A stretch of DNA of 64,000 nt from Macrostomum hystrix (lineage: Eukaryota > Animalia > Platyhelminthes), in the NCBI GenBank assembly GCA_950097015.1, contig CATNEN010000010.1, forward strand, positions 1,922,001 through 1,986,000. Reading direction: 5' to 3'. Of this stretch, positions 46,897 through 59,232 are shown piece by piece. Below the pieces are notes generated by a model. It made no database searches, had not been told where the DNA came from, and saw only the letters and a list, made by a program, of their open reading frames with translations. The translations under genes were made by a program, and so were the position numbers. Every line of letters starts with the position of its first letter. Within the stretch, counting starts at the first letter, position 1.

Positions 46897-49548
46897 ATGC
46901 CTTCACTGTCTCTGCTGCTGCTGCAGCTGCTTCTGCCGACTGTGGCAATCGCCGAGTCGACTCAGCAGCTGCCGCAGTTATCTGGCGAGGAGCTGATCTC
47001 CCTGTACAAGCGCGAACCGTTCCGCTACTACACGGCCGGTGGGCTGTACGAGTTTCGGAAAAAGGTGCGCCACTTGATACCGGGAGTCTGGGAGGATTTG
47101 CCTGGGATTTCTCTTTAATAACAACAAAACTAAATCATGCTCATGCGAAATTGTCAAAAAAGCATCGAAAAACCCGCAGAAAACCGGAAATGAGGAACCA
47201 CTCGACGACATCAAGATGACCGTCGATGATGATGCACTTAGCTTGGTCAGTGCAGCTCCGAAATTGCTAATATTTCTTCTTTTTTATTGTTACTGACGGT
47301 TTTTCTCTGATCGAAAATTGCAGGTGGAACCTAAAAACCGTGAGTCAAGTAAAAACTTGGCGAAACTCAATTTACGAACTGGATCACATTAGCTAGTCAG
47401 TTTACAACGTGGTATTTTTTATCGATGTGTGTGCACTACTGAGTTTTATCAGCAGTACTATGACAAGCATTTTATCTGAAGAACTCGAAAATACAAGTAA
47501 GAGAAAATAAGTATATATCTCCCTTATTCGCAACTAGATCAACCCACGAAACGCTCTGGAGGTCGCGGAGGCGTCTCTGCTGTGATGGAGCTGCTGGTGG
47601 TGGTTGACTATGGTCTGTACCAGTCTCACCTGAACCGTATCGCTAAGTCAAAGTCCAAGCAATCCGTGAAGAATTACTATGAATACTTTGTCGGCTATGT
47701 GAGTTAATTATGCGAGACTTTAATAGTGCTATTTTGTGCATTTACAGCATGCCTATACAAAGACTATATGGCTCCTCGTTACAGATAAACAAAGTCTTCG
47801 AAAATGCGCCAACGAACATCAAGCTGACGGTTGTGCCCGCCGGAATCGCTGTGATGAAGGTAAGTTCTTTCTCTGTTACGCAGTGTTCAGACAGTCAGAT
47901 CGGCAGACAATGGGACCCATCTTCATTCACTCAGAGCAAGGACGCCAGCGACTGGTCGGAGCGCAACCGAGTGTCATTTAATGGTCGCGAATTCATGCTG
48001 GCTGACCAGGCCCTGAATCAGTTCCGCCAGTGGTTGGAGCGCCACCGCAGCCGACTGCCGCAGTTCGACCACGCCATGGCTTTGACGCACTACGCTACAG
48101 GCATCCAGGTCAATGGCGCTGTGTATAAGATAATGGGCCTCGCCCAGGTCGGCGAGATGTGCCGCGTCGGGATCACTGCCGGCGGCCTTGATGGCATCCA
48201 ATCCATGTCGGTGGTGCATGACTCGGGCACACTGGCGGGGGCGCTGACAGCTGTTCACGAGATCGGGCACAGGTGAGCAGCTCAGCTGGTGCGATCGTTT
48301 CCATTTAGTTTTGCTTCTTTTAAAATAACTATAGGCTATAAAATGACTGCAAATCACAATGCTTTAAAATCCTCTTCGTTCTTCCGAAAAGCTTGGGTCT
48401 TCCTCACGACGGTGAGGGCGGCTCAGCGGCTTGCCCAGACGACGGCCGCTTCGTGATGTCCGCTGCAACGGCCATGTCAGAGGAGGCAGCCAGATTCTCC
48501 AACTGCTCCCTGCGAGTTCTGCAGAGCCTCCTGGAGGCGCCCGGAGCCGCTTGCTTGTTTAGCTCGAAGGCCGACCCGGACAGGCGTCTGGTGGAGACGA
48601 GCCTGCTGCCCGGGCAGATCTATTCCAAGGACTACCAGTGCCAGCGCCAGATCCTGGATGGCATCGCCGATCCGCGCTTTTGCAAGGTGTGTGATCGATT
48701 TATTAAAATGGCGAGCGCTGCTTCTCTGTTCGTGGTTTATTCTTAGTCTATAACCCGTTAGTACGTTCGATGATGCGCATTTTCGTTCAAAATGATACGC
48801 TAGTTCGTTCAGTCATACGCTAGTTCGTTCAGTCATGTGCTAGTTCGTTCAGTCATGCGCTAGTTCGTTCAGTCATGTGCTAGTTCGTTCAGTCATGTGC
48901 TAGTTCGTTCAGTCATGCGCTAGTTCGTTCAGTCATGTGCTAGTTCGTTCAGTCATGTGCTAGTTCGTTCAGTCATGTGTTTGTTCGTTCCATTTTCGTT
49001 CCATTGTTCGTTCGCATGATTTTTCATTTGTGCTGTCGTTCAACCGTACACTAGTTAAATCATACGATCATGCATATGCTGGTTCCTTTGTTCAAGAGTT
49101 TAATATCGAAAAAATACTATCTAATTTCCAAGTACACATAAGCCTAAATTAGCCCTCGCCAACCCATTCGCGCCAGACCCCCTGGCTCACGCCGACCACA
49201 CTGGAGATGTCCTGCTCCATGCTCTTGTGCCAGGACAAGCGGGACTCCGGCAGCATGCGCTGCTCCGGTTCGGTGCCAGCCATCATGGGCACCCCCTGCG
49301 GAAACAAGAAGGTAATCTGTACGGCCAGTGCTGCCGGATTCTTTCAATGAGAACTTGAGTCAAATTCTGATTAACTCACCCTGCAGATCTGCCTGAACAA
49401 CCGCTGCACATTCAGCGAGTCAGCTCCCTGCTGCCCAATGGAGGAGGAGGACCAGGAGGCCTGCAGTCGCCTCAAACAGATGCTGGGCTGCCAGAACAAG
49501 CTGCTGCAGCTCTACTGCTGCAAATTCTGCGGCCACAGGTGCGAGTGA
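46897..49548 (+). CDS. Secreted ADAMTS-like M12B metalloprotease with ADAM Cys-rich and ShKT-like domains, copy 2, 449 aa
   Basis: Exons 46897-47064, 47324-47339, 47538-47698, 47785-47859, 47935-48272, 48392-48686, 49177-49311, 49387-49548. Same sizes as copy 1; all splice sites and the Zn motif are intact. Confidence 0.9.
48798..48990. repeat. 20-bp tandem repeat in metalloprotease intron 6, copy 2
   Basis: Same unit as 34080-34270. Confidence 0.93.
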
Positions 49549-51450
49549 GACCCTGATTGCAGTACGTCAGGGAACTGAACGAAACTATCAGCTGAACGAA
49601 ACTATCACGAGAAATAAATACGTTCGCAAAGGCTGGACGACAGACTTTAAAATCATTTTAAAATGCCCCACCCGAGTGTTTTTTTTTATTGAAATGGAGT
49701 TCAGCAGATTCACTGTACAACAGCCTGAGTTGGTTGTCCTTCTCACTTAGGTAAAGTGAGCAGGGAGACAAAATTCTGTTGATAGTGAGTGCCATAGCTA
49801 CAAATGTGAGCGACTTAATTGGCACCGGGGATAGGTGAATAAAGTGCGCGGTGTGTAATCACAAGCCTAATCACCTGGCTCGTACACGCCCGCAAGCTCA
49901 TTAGTCCAACTGACACACTAGGCAAGAATCAATGTTACATTTTTCTCATCCTTTCCCTGCAGATCAGGGTAGGCACAACAATTGATGGTGAGTGTAACCC
50001 TCCATTATAATCTGCGACTTGGCCACCTCTCCGATCTCTGATCCTGAGTGAATTCCCCTTAGGCAGATTAAACATCAATGTTCCCACGCACAATGTCTGC
50101 AACCTTTTTCATAGTTTTCATTGCAGCTTTTTTAGGACTTTACGCCCAAGAAAGTTGTTTCGCTACTCAAGAGCTACACGCGCAGAGGTGCTCAAAGGTG
50201 CTGGGGTCAGACAGCAGAAATGAATTTCTTTTATTCTGAGGTATACTTGACTGCATGGCCAGCCGGCCCGGTGCAACCCGTGCGAGGCTCTGCCCGCCCC
50301 GTCACTCTCCTTACTCAGAGTGCCCAAGCTGCTCAAAATGTCCCAAGGTAGGGCGGGGGAGGGGAGAGAAGGGAATTGGAAAGTTGAGTCCTTCTGAGTC
50401 TAAGCCTTGAAAATTGCAGCCCTACTGATCAAGTGGCCAATTTGCATTCTGGCTGAGCTCACGCGCTCTCTTGCTCTCTCTCTATCTCCCCTCTCTCTCT
50501 CCTTCTCGCACTCTTCTTCCCATGGAATTCAATTCCAGGGAATCGCAAGCGCCACAGCTTCTCAAACTGCGGCCTGCGAGATTAGGACCAAAAAGGGAAG
50601 AGTATCGAGAGGGAGAGAGGCGGGACATCTGGGGCGGCAAGCGGGCGGAGATGAGGCGCCGGATCCCGGCCCTTCCTTTGCCGCTTTCTCCTGCCGGCTC
50701 CCTGGTCCCGCCGAGGCGTCGGGGGCATTAAGATGAAGTGCCAGGCAGTCTAAGCAGTTTTGGCGGAGGCGGGCCAGCTGGGCATGACAGGAGCTCATTA
50801 GTTTTGCTCCCAGAAGTGGCGTAAATAACCCGAGCCAGGCTTCGGGTGGACCAGTTTTCCCAGTGTGTTCCCCCTTCTCGCCCGATACCCTCTGTTTATT
50901 AAGGCACCGGGGCATCGTAAAAAGATAGAGAAATCCTGGGACTAGAAATGTAACATTTCGCATAGGCTTCCACTGTACCCAAAGCAGTAGCCAAGACACA
51001 GGCAGCTTGTACACAAGCGATGAAATCGATACACTAAGGTTTGTGTGTAAAGCACCCTTCAAATGTAGTTATTTTTTAGTGAGACTGAGTTTGATCTGTC
51101 CAAGGACTCCGAAGTCTCCAAGGTCTTAGATTCTGTCTGGCTCTTCTCCAGGCCAGTCTTTCGTTTCTACGGCTTAAAATCTGAGGAGCAAGCGTCAGAG
51201 ATTAACTGACAAGTCGAAGCTGGGACAGGAACTTCATCCGCTGTGCCTGTGGAAAACTGACGTCGGTCTTAACGAACCCGGATTAGTACGAGTCGGCCAT
51301 TAATCACTGATCCCACTGCGTTTATGAAGGCTAATAAACTTTATTGATGTGTTTTGCGTTGGCGCCTAAAATAATCACCATTTGCATCTGCATTTACGAC
51401 CGTCACTCTCCGATTGTACGTTACAGAAGACTTAGGAAATTCTAGGATAC

Positions 51451-51997
51451 CATCTGACAGTAGTCAGACCCATCTGACAGTAGTCAGACCCATCTGACAG
51501 TAGTCAGACCCATCTGACAGTAGTCAGACCCATCTGACAGTAGTCAGACCCATCTGACAGTAGTCAGACCCATCTGACAGTAGTCAGACCCATCTGATAG
51601 TAGTCAGACCCATCTGATAGTAGTCAGACCCATCTGATAGTAGTCAGACCCATCTGATAGTAGTCAGACCCATCTAAGAGTAGTCAGACCCATCTGATAG
51701 TAGTCAGACCCATCTGATAGTAGTCAGACCCATCTGATAGTAGTCAGACCCATCTGATAGTAGTCAGACCCATCTGACAGTAGTCAGAACCATCTGAGCA
51801 CTGTCAGAACCATCTGACTACTGTCAGAACCATCTGACTACTGTCAGAACCATCTGAGCACTGTCAGAACCATCTGACTACTGTCAGAACCATCTGACTA
51901 CTGTCAGAACCATCTGACTACTGTCAGAACCATCTGACTACTGTCAGAACCATCTGACTACTGTCAGAACCATCTGACTATTGTGAGAACCATCTGA
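51451..51997. repeat. Bipartite 20-bp hairpin minisatellite: 17 x CATCTGAYAGTAGTCAGACC, then about 10 x CATCTGACTACTGTCAGAAC
   Basis: Direct reading; the switch is at 51790/51791. Confidence 0.96.
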
Positions 51998-52947
51998 TTG
52001 CTAGAGCAGCTTATCGAAGTAGTCTATTTTTCTAAGAACACCATCGTAGAAGACGGTTTGCAAGTTTAAGTGGAGGTCGGAGCCAGTGAAAGTGGTTAGG
52101 ATGAAGGAAACTGGCGGTGCAGGAAGCTGAGAAGAAGCGCAGCGCCTTTTTGTTCCCAACGGTGTGCACTGGACTCCAGCCAACTAAACACCCTCAAACT
52201 CCTCTGTTCTCTCGTCCGCCTCCTTCTCACTTCCCCCCCCCCGGATCGATGCTTCCCAGTCACCGTAGGAGAAGCAGAGTGGGAAGAAACAGGATAGGGA
52301 GGCCGCTGCCTGAACACTGGCTCCATTTTTGTGTCGGGTGCTTCTATCTGGTTGAACGATGGCCTTCCTGCTTGTTTACTTTTGTTGGCCTTTATCTGCC
52401 AATGATTCATTTCCGCCTGCGGCCCATCTGGCGGAAATTAAAATAGATTAGCTTTCCTTTGCTCTGCCTACTGTCTGGCAGCTCCGATGAGCACCTTAGT
52501 TCCTTGAGGCCTTTGCGAACCACCTGGTGCAACTGAAGGCTGCCATGATCTGGTATGATATGGCCCACCTGCTGACAATAGTTGAAGTATAGAGCAACAC
52601 GGTTCACATGTGATTAGTAGCCATAAACTGATCACTATTGTACAGAACTGCGGTCTAAATCATATATTACTCACTGATGAATGGGCATCGCATTGAGGAG
52701 AGAAGGTTGGAGTTTGAGTTGCGTTACATTTTAGTTACTTCTAGGAGTAAGATTCTTTGTTTAGAACGAAATTAAAATTAGGCTTTTACTGCTAAACGAC
52801 AAAAATTGCTTCTGCTGCCGGCCTGTTTAAAATACGTTGACAGTGGACACCTCTCAATCTGCTCTGTCACAGTTCAGAGCTCGGTGGACACCCCTCAGTC
52901 TTCTCTGTCTCTGTTCTCTGTCTCTTCTCATCACCTGTGTGAGACGA

Positions 52948-53265
52948 CCTGGAGAGGTTGTAGCCTAGTGGTTAGGGCGTCGGACTCACGACTTGAAGGT
53001 CGGGGGTTCGATTCCCGACTCCCCTGAAACAATTTGTGTCCTTTAGCAAGACACTTAACTCTGCATTGCTTCAGTTCACCCAGCTGTTAAATGGGTACCA
53101 GCATCAGCTGGGATAATTGAAGGTGGGTGTGGCGTCCCCCCAGTCCATGGACTGAACAGCTGTACGCAGCCTTCAGATGCGCCGCGCATTAGCTGCGGCT
53201 GTGCTGTCGGCTGCACATCTGACCCAATTGGGGCAGGTGTAATCAATTAATTATTATTATTATTA
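52948..53265 (+). mobile_element. tRNA-derived SINE (family 1) with CORE/Meta-like central domain and (TTA)n tail
   Basis: Head GGTTGTAGCCTAGTGGTTAGGGCG...GGTTCGATTCCC; central GTGTCCTTTAGCAAGACACTTAAC...CACCCAGCTGTTAAATGGGTACC; 9-bp TSD GTGAGACGA (52939-52947 / 53266-53274). Confidence 0.88.
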
Positions 53266-53463
53266 GTGAGACGAGATCTCCATGCAGGTGGGGCACAGGT
53301 AGCGGGTCTCAATGCAGTCGGAGAATGTGCAGAGTTCAGTGGACACCTTTCAGTCTTCTCTGTCACAGTCCAGAGCTCGGTGGACACTCTAGGCCTTCCA
53401 CTACAATGCAAAAATACTGTCAGTCCGCGCTAAGGTTGCGTCTCGGCCTGCACCCGGTTGATG

Positions 53464-56400
53464 TCACACCGAGGACACCTTCTCAGCGCAGTCGTTGAGT
53501 CCGTTGGCTATGCTGGCCAGCCGCTGCCGTTCCAGCTTCGCGGGGTTCTTCATCACGGTGGGGTAAACTGGCTGGTAGAGAACGCCCGACTCAGCGCCCT
53601 CGGAGCCGTCGTACACCTGGCCGAGGGTAAAGGCCGGGCTTACGTACATGCCGCCTTCGACACTCTCCACCGCGGTCTGGAACACCACTGGCGGCACAGC
53701 CACGTTGGGAATGCGGAAGGGCAGGGTGGCGATGGTGAAGGGAAAGTCTAGGCAGAGGTTTGTCGGCGACTTGCCATCGCGGACCAAGTTGACTCGCAGG
53801 GTGTAGCTGATCTGCATGAGGCGGCAGAAGCCCTCCGGGATAGTCGGCGGCACAGTGGGCAGCAGCAGGAAGCGGGACAGGTCCCAGTCGACTGTCTGCC
53901 TGGCGCGAATCAAATCCGAGCGATACTCGAAGGCCACGTGCTGGAACTCCTTGCAGATGCCGAGGACGCCCCGGTTGATAAAGAAGCAGCAGTCCTGTAC
54001 CAACTTAACGCTGATGCGCAGCTGCCTCTCCGTGCCGTTGGCCACCTGGCAGCGCAGCTTAATGTGCTCGCTGCAGCAGTAGGCGCTTCGCTCCAGGGTG
54101 CCGGAGAGCTTCAGCGGCTTCAGCAGCGGCAGGCAGGGACAGGTGTGAGACGAGATCTCCATGCAGGTGGGGCACAGGTAGCGGGTCTCCATGCAGTCGG
54201 AGAATGGGCCAATCACGGTGAAGTAGGCGATGTGGCTGGGGTTGGACGCGTAGGGCACGTCGATGATGCAGCGCAGGTAGTAGCGGACTGTGCAGGTGCG
54301 GCTCTCGAAGCTCGGAGGCAGCGCTGACTCTGGCAGCGGGAAGCTGAACTGCCATTTGTGCGCGCCCCGCGGCAGGATCGGCAGGGCATCGTTGCCACCG
54401 GGCTCCAGGCCCTTCTCGATGCCCCACACGGTGGTCTTGGCGTCCAGGTACACCTGGTCCTCCTTGACCGAGTGCCGCTCGCCGCCGCGGCTCACCTTCC
54501 ACTCGACGTGGCCGCGACCGCGAAGGTAGACGCGGATGCCGCGCACCTGCAGGCCGACGTTCGGTTTGGAGGGATTTCGTTCTTGGCTCCTGGCTCAGTG
54601 ACTAGACTGTTTGACTGTGTGCTCACAGTTACATACTATTCAGTCCATCCACGGACTGGGGAGGCCGCGACACCCACTAAAATTTCTACCCAGCCAATGC
54701 AGGCACCCATTTTAAACCTGTGCGAACTGAAGCGTTTTAAGTGTCTTGCTAAAGAACTCAAATTGCTTCGCTTGATCTGAGATTCGAACCCCCGACCTCT
54801 CGGTGAGAAGTCAGCAGCTCTAACCACTGGTCTGAGTACACGCTGCAAGTTTAGTGGTTGCAATAACAAGTTTTTCTATCAAGAAATTGAATCTAGTTGA
54901 CTTTGAATAATTTTAGTTCAGGCCCTGCATGTGGATTCTGGTGTGCAATCGAGTGCTCAAATGGATTGGCTCAGAGCTCAGGCCACGGGACTCAACCGGT
55001 GTCAGTAAGCTGATTTGAGCTGCAAAACGTCGGCTCCCCTCGATTTCCTACTGAGTTCCCCATTTGGGATTTTCAGCTGGGCAGGGTGGGGAAATTGTAT
55101 TACCTGGCCTAAGAGGCGGCCAACCACAAAAAATGAGATTTTACCGGCCACCCTCCGAATCTGCTATCGGAGCTGAAGCCAGGGTCCGGGGGGTGCTTAA
55201 CTCGAGCACAAGAGTGGACTGGGTGGGGGGAAATTAGGGGAGCCGCTGGCACAAAGCAGCAGATATGACAAAATTGCATCCTGTACTCCTCGGACACCAG
55301 CTCAGCCTCCCCCGGGGACGCTGAAGATGCTCAGCCTGAGTCTCCGGGAATAAATAATTAATTTCTGCTTTGTCTGCAAACTGCTGCTTCAGCGGACTCT
55401 GCACAGTTTCCACCTGGCCTTTAATAAGCCTTCTCGCACCGCGTGTCATGCCCCGTGCACTTTTCCCAGCTACAGAATTTGTCATTCTGAAACAGAACAG
55501 AACAGGGCTCTGAGATGGGGAGGCGGGGACAGAGCTGGAATGGCGCCCTCAAAAACTGAGCGGATGTACTCGGCTTGGGATTCAAGATGGGAGAGAAGCA
55601 GTTTGGGAAGACGGAGGCTGCGATGGAAGGAAGATGAGGATGAAGCGTAATTAGAGCTGACGGCATCACCTGAGACAAAATTGCTCCCACATGCCAAGGG
55701 ATCTGGCAGCTCGGGGATTGGAAGGAGGGGGGAATCAACACGCCTTGGAGACCCCCCAGCTGGAGTAATTATTGGCTTTGGCTTCATCTCTGTGATCTCA
55801 AACATTCCTCTCAGTCTGTGCAGCATCTCCGGTCGCATCGATTCGGTGTCTAATGAGAGCGGAGCGGGCATCGCACACTTGTAACGTGCCTCCCTGCGAA
55901 CAGCCTGAAATCAAAGCTGCTCTGAGCAGGCGGACTCAGTGGATTGAGCTAACTGAGGCCTTAACTGCAATAAACTCTGGGCCAAGCTTGAACTTTGAAA
56001 CGCTAAGTTTAGTAGGCCTATAAAACATCAGGAGATCAGGGACCACATCCCGCATTCTTTCCCCATTAACGGCTTTGCTGTCGCTTGCTGGGGGGGATGT
56101 CAGTCGGGAGGATTTTTGGGATAAGAAGTTGTTCTCTAACTAGCGCCCCGCCCTTCCTGTCTCGCGAGCCGTGCAGCTCACCTTGTGCATGGCGAGCAGG
56201 TGCGAGACGCGATGAAGCTGCTGTGGGTGGCTCCCCTTAAAGCCGCGACAGCTAGGGGCGTCTGTCACGTCCTGGCCATCAAATCTACCTGTCTCCTCCA
56301 CCGCCCCCAGCCTCTTTCTCAACTGCACCCCGTGACAATCTCCCTGCCTAACCTTCCACTCCCTACTTGAAAACTGAGTCTTCTTCGGCGCCACGGCCTC

Positions 56401-58049
56401 TTGAGCAGCCCTGAGCTTGCACCGGCGCCCACTTCATCTTTCTAATAAACGGCCGCGTGTCAGCCTGGACTGGTTTGTGAGGCCTTCCAGTGTTTGCTGC
56501 TGCTGTGCTCAAATACCCAATACTCTGATTATTGATATGAGAGCTGATGAAGCGGTTAACAACAGACACCAGAAGGAGACGGGCAAAATGCTTTTCTGCC
56601 ATATGATTGACGAGCCAGAGCACTGCAGAGAAGAACTTATAAATATGGCTTTCGTGAAACAGGTAGGGCCGTTTCTGGGCACTCAGCGGCCTTTTATCCC
56701 CTATTAAAATTGGTCTTTTTTTCAATACAAAAGACGTGGTTGAAGAGAATGACCTCAATACTGATGAGGAAAAATGGGAATAGAGAAGGGACGAGTTGGT
56801 CCGCAGGCGGAGCCATCAGAGGACACGCTGAGACACGGTTGGCAAACAGAGCTCAGCAACGAGATTTGGGCAGAGTTCTGGAGAAATCTGCATTTTCAGA
56901 CAAGTACCAAGACCTGCCAGCTCCGCTTAGCAATGCACCCAGTGTTTTTACCTTAGGGACTGGGCAGTTCAGTACACAGGACGGGAAGTTGGTAGATTGT
57001 AGATTGGGGAGCTGGTAGATTGGGGAGTTAGTAGATTGGGGAGCTGGTAGATTGGCGAGTTAGTAGATTGGGGAGCTGGTAGATTGGAAAGTTGGAAGAA
57101 TGGGAATTTGGTAGATTATGAAATTGGTAGATTGGGAAGTTGGTAGATTGGCAAGTTGGTAGATTGGGAAATTGGTAGATTGACAAGTTGGTAGATTGGG
57201 GAGTTGGTACATTGGGAAATTAGTAGATTGGGAAGTTGGTAGATTATGAAATTGGTAGATTGGGAAGTTAGTAGATTGGGAAATTGGTAGATTGGGGAGT
57301 TGGTACATTGGGAAATTAGTAGATTGGGAAGTTGGTAGATTATGAAATTGGTAGATTGGGAAATTGGTGCATTGGCAAGTTGGTAGATTGGGGAGTTGGT
57401 ACATTGGGAAATTTGTATATTGGGAAGTTGGTAGATTGGGAAGTTGGTAGATCGGGAAGTTGGTAGATTGGGGAGTTGGTAGATTGGGGAGTTGGTAGAT
57501 TGGGGAGTTGGTAGATTGGCAAGTTGGTAGATTGGCAAGTTGGTAGATTGGGGAGTTTGTTGATTGGCAAGTCAGTAAGTCAGTAAATTGGTGAGTGAGC
57601 AAGTAGTTCGAAAGTTCACCTTGAAGTTCTCGGTGCTGTCCACGAGCACATGACCTGTGACTTGCTCGCCAGCGTACCAGACCTGCTTGGCCAGCTCAAT
57701 GTCAAATTTAGTGATGTAGTCCACCATGACCTTTGCGGATGCTGCTGCGTCACATCACAGTGCCATGCTGACAGCCGCGGGCCTCCGGTTGAATGATCAA
57801 AATGCGGCCTTGACGGCCCTGTGGTAGCTTCAGCTGGCGACCCCGCTGGAACTGTCACTGGAACGCAAGCCTGCTAACCATCGGCGCCCAGATTAGCTCT
57901 GATCTTCTAGAAGCAGAATTTACCCTGGTTGCTGGAAAAGCTGCTTGCGTTTTTCTTTAGTTTTAAGTCGCGCTTCCATTGGCTGATGCGGCGTTGGCGA
58001 ACTCTCAGTGGGCTGCCGGCTGGGGCAGAGAAAGTGCGTCGGAATATGC
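53464..58049 (-). CDS. Alpha-arrestin (arrestin domain-containing, ARRDC-like); 5'-most exon(s) not resolved
   Basis: Exons 58049-57924, 57741-57620 and 54546-53464 are in frame: ...SSNQ-ASAKVMVDYITKFDIELAKQVWYAGEQVTGHVLVDSTENFK-VRGIRVYLRGRGHVEW...HKWQFSFPLPESALPPSFESRTCTVRYYLRCIID...SYTLRV..LDFPFTIATLP. Arrestin-N and Arrestin-C signatures. Confidence 0.9.
54620..54840 (-). mobile_element. tRNA-derived SINE family 1, diverged copy, in the arrestin intron
   Basis: The reverse complement GTGGTTAGAGCTGCTGAC...GGTTCGAATC...TTTAGCAAGACACTTAA...AAATGGGTGCC...CCCCAGTCC matches the SINE at 52948. Confidence 0.82.
56990..57560. repeat. Degenerate 16-bp G-rich minisatellite (GGTAGATTGGGRAGTT) in the arrestin intron
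   Basis: Direct reading; source of ORFs 57060..57602 and neighbours. Confidence 0.93.
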
Positions 58050-58084
58050 CTACACAGCTAGTCGCTGGAACCGCAGCTATAAAC

Positions 58085-59232
58085 GCAGCAGGAATCGCAG
58101 ATAGAATCGTAGCAGGAACCGTAGCTAGAGTCACAGCAGAATTCGTAGCTAGAATCACAACAGAATCAGTAGCTAGAATCACAGCAGAATCCGTAGCTAG
58201 AATCACAGCAGAATCCGTAGCTAGAATCACAGCAGAATCCGTAGCTAGAATCACAGCAGAATCCGTAGCTAGAATCACAGCAGAATCCGTAGCTAGAATC
58301 ATAGCAGAATCCGTAGCTACATGTAGAATCATAGCAGAATCCGTAGCTAGAATCATAGCAGAATCCGGAGCTAGAATCATAGCAGAATCCGTAGCTAGAA
58401 TCATAGCAGAATTCGTAGCTAGAATCATAGCAGAATTCGTAGCTAGAATCACAACAGAATCCGTAGCTAGAATCACAGCAGAATCCGTAGCTAGAATCAC
58501 AGCAGAATCCGTAGCTAGAATCACAGCAGAATCCGTAGCTAGAATCATAGCAGAATCCGTAGCTAGAATCGCATCAGGAACCGCAGCTAGAATCGCATCA
58601 GGAACCGCAGCTAGAATCGCATCAGGAACCGCAGCTAGAATCATAGCAGAATCCGTAGCTAGAATCAGTGCAGAATTCGTAGCTAGAATCACAGCAGAAT
58701 CCGTAGCTAGAATCACAGCAGAATTCGTAGCTAGAATCACAGCAGAATCCGTAGCTAGAATCACAGCATAGCTACGAATTCCAGCTACGAATCGTAGCTG
58801 GAACCGCAGCTAGAAGCGTAGCAGGAACCACAGCTAGAATCGCATCAGGAACCGCAGCTAGAATCGCATCAGGAACCGCAGCTAGAATCGTAGCAGAAAC
58901 CGTAGCTAGAATCGCATCAGGAACCGCAGCTAGAATCGTAGCAGAAACCGTAGCTAGAATCGCATCAGGAACCGCAGCTAGAATCGCATCAGGAACCGCA
59001 GCTAGAATCGCATCAGGAACCGCAGTTAGAATCGTAGCAGGAGCCACAGCTAGAATCGCATCAGGAACCGCAGCTAGAATCGCATCAGGAACCGCAGCTA
59101 GAATCGCATCAGGAACCGCAGCTAGAATCGTAGCAGAAACCGTAGCTAGAATCGCATCAGGAACCGCAGCTAGAATCGCATCAGGAACCGCAGTTAGAAT
59201 CGCATCAGGAACCGCAGCTAGAATCGCATCAG
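58085..59232. repeat. 24-bp minisatellite (AGAATCACAGCAGAATCCGTAGCT / AGAATCGCATCAGGAACCGCAGCT), related to 23680-24478
   Basis: Direct reading; two sub-arrays joined near 58770. Confidence 0.95.

Larger units (their letters stand above)
46568..53703 (+). repeat. Segmental duplication, copy 2 (with a 2.5-kb extra segment at ~49772-52306)
   Basis: Colinear with 31671-36931 apart from indels. Confidence 0.95.

Noticed and set aside
52948-53030. Apparent tRNA gene (also 23215-23297, 36400-36484, 54770-54840, 63720-63805, ~2710-2760)
   Set aside because: A and B boxes are present but the acceptor stems do not close; where the copy is complete they continue into SINE bodies with tails and TSDs.
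53458-54780. Overlapping ORFs of 60-147 aa around the arrestin exon
   Set aside because: Antisense or alternate-frame shadows of a GC-rich coding exon.
56363-56758. 131-aa minus-strand ORF that looks protein-like
   Set aside because: Non-ATG start, no recognisable family, no convincing flanking splice pair; more likely UTR or promoter sequence.
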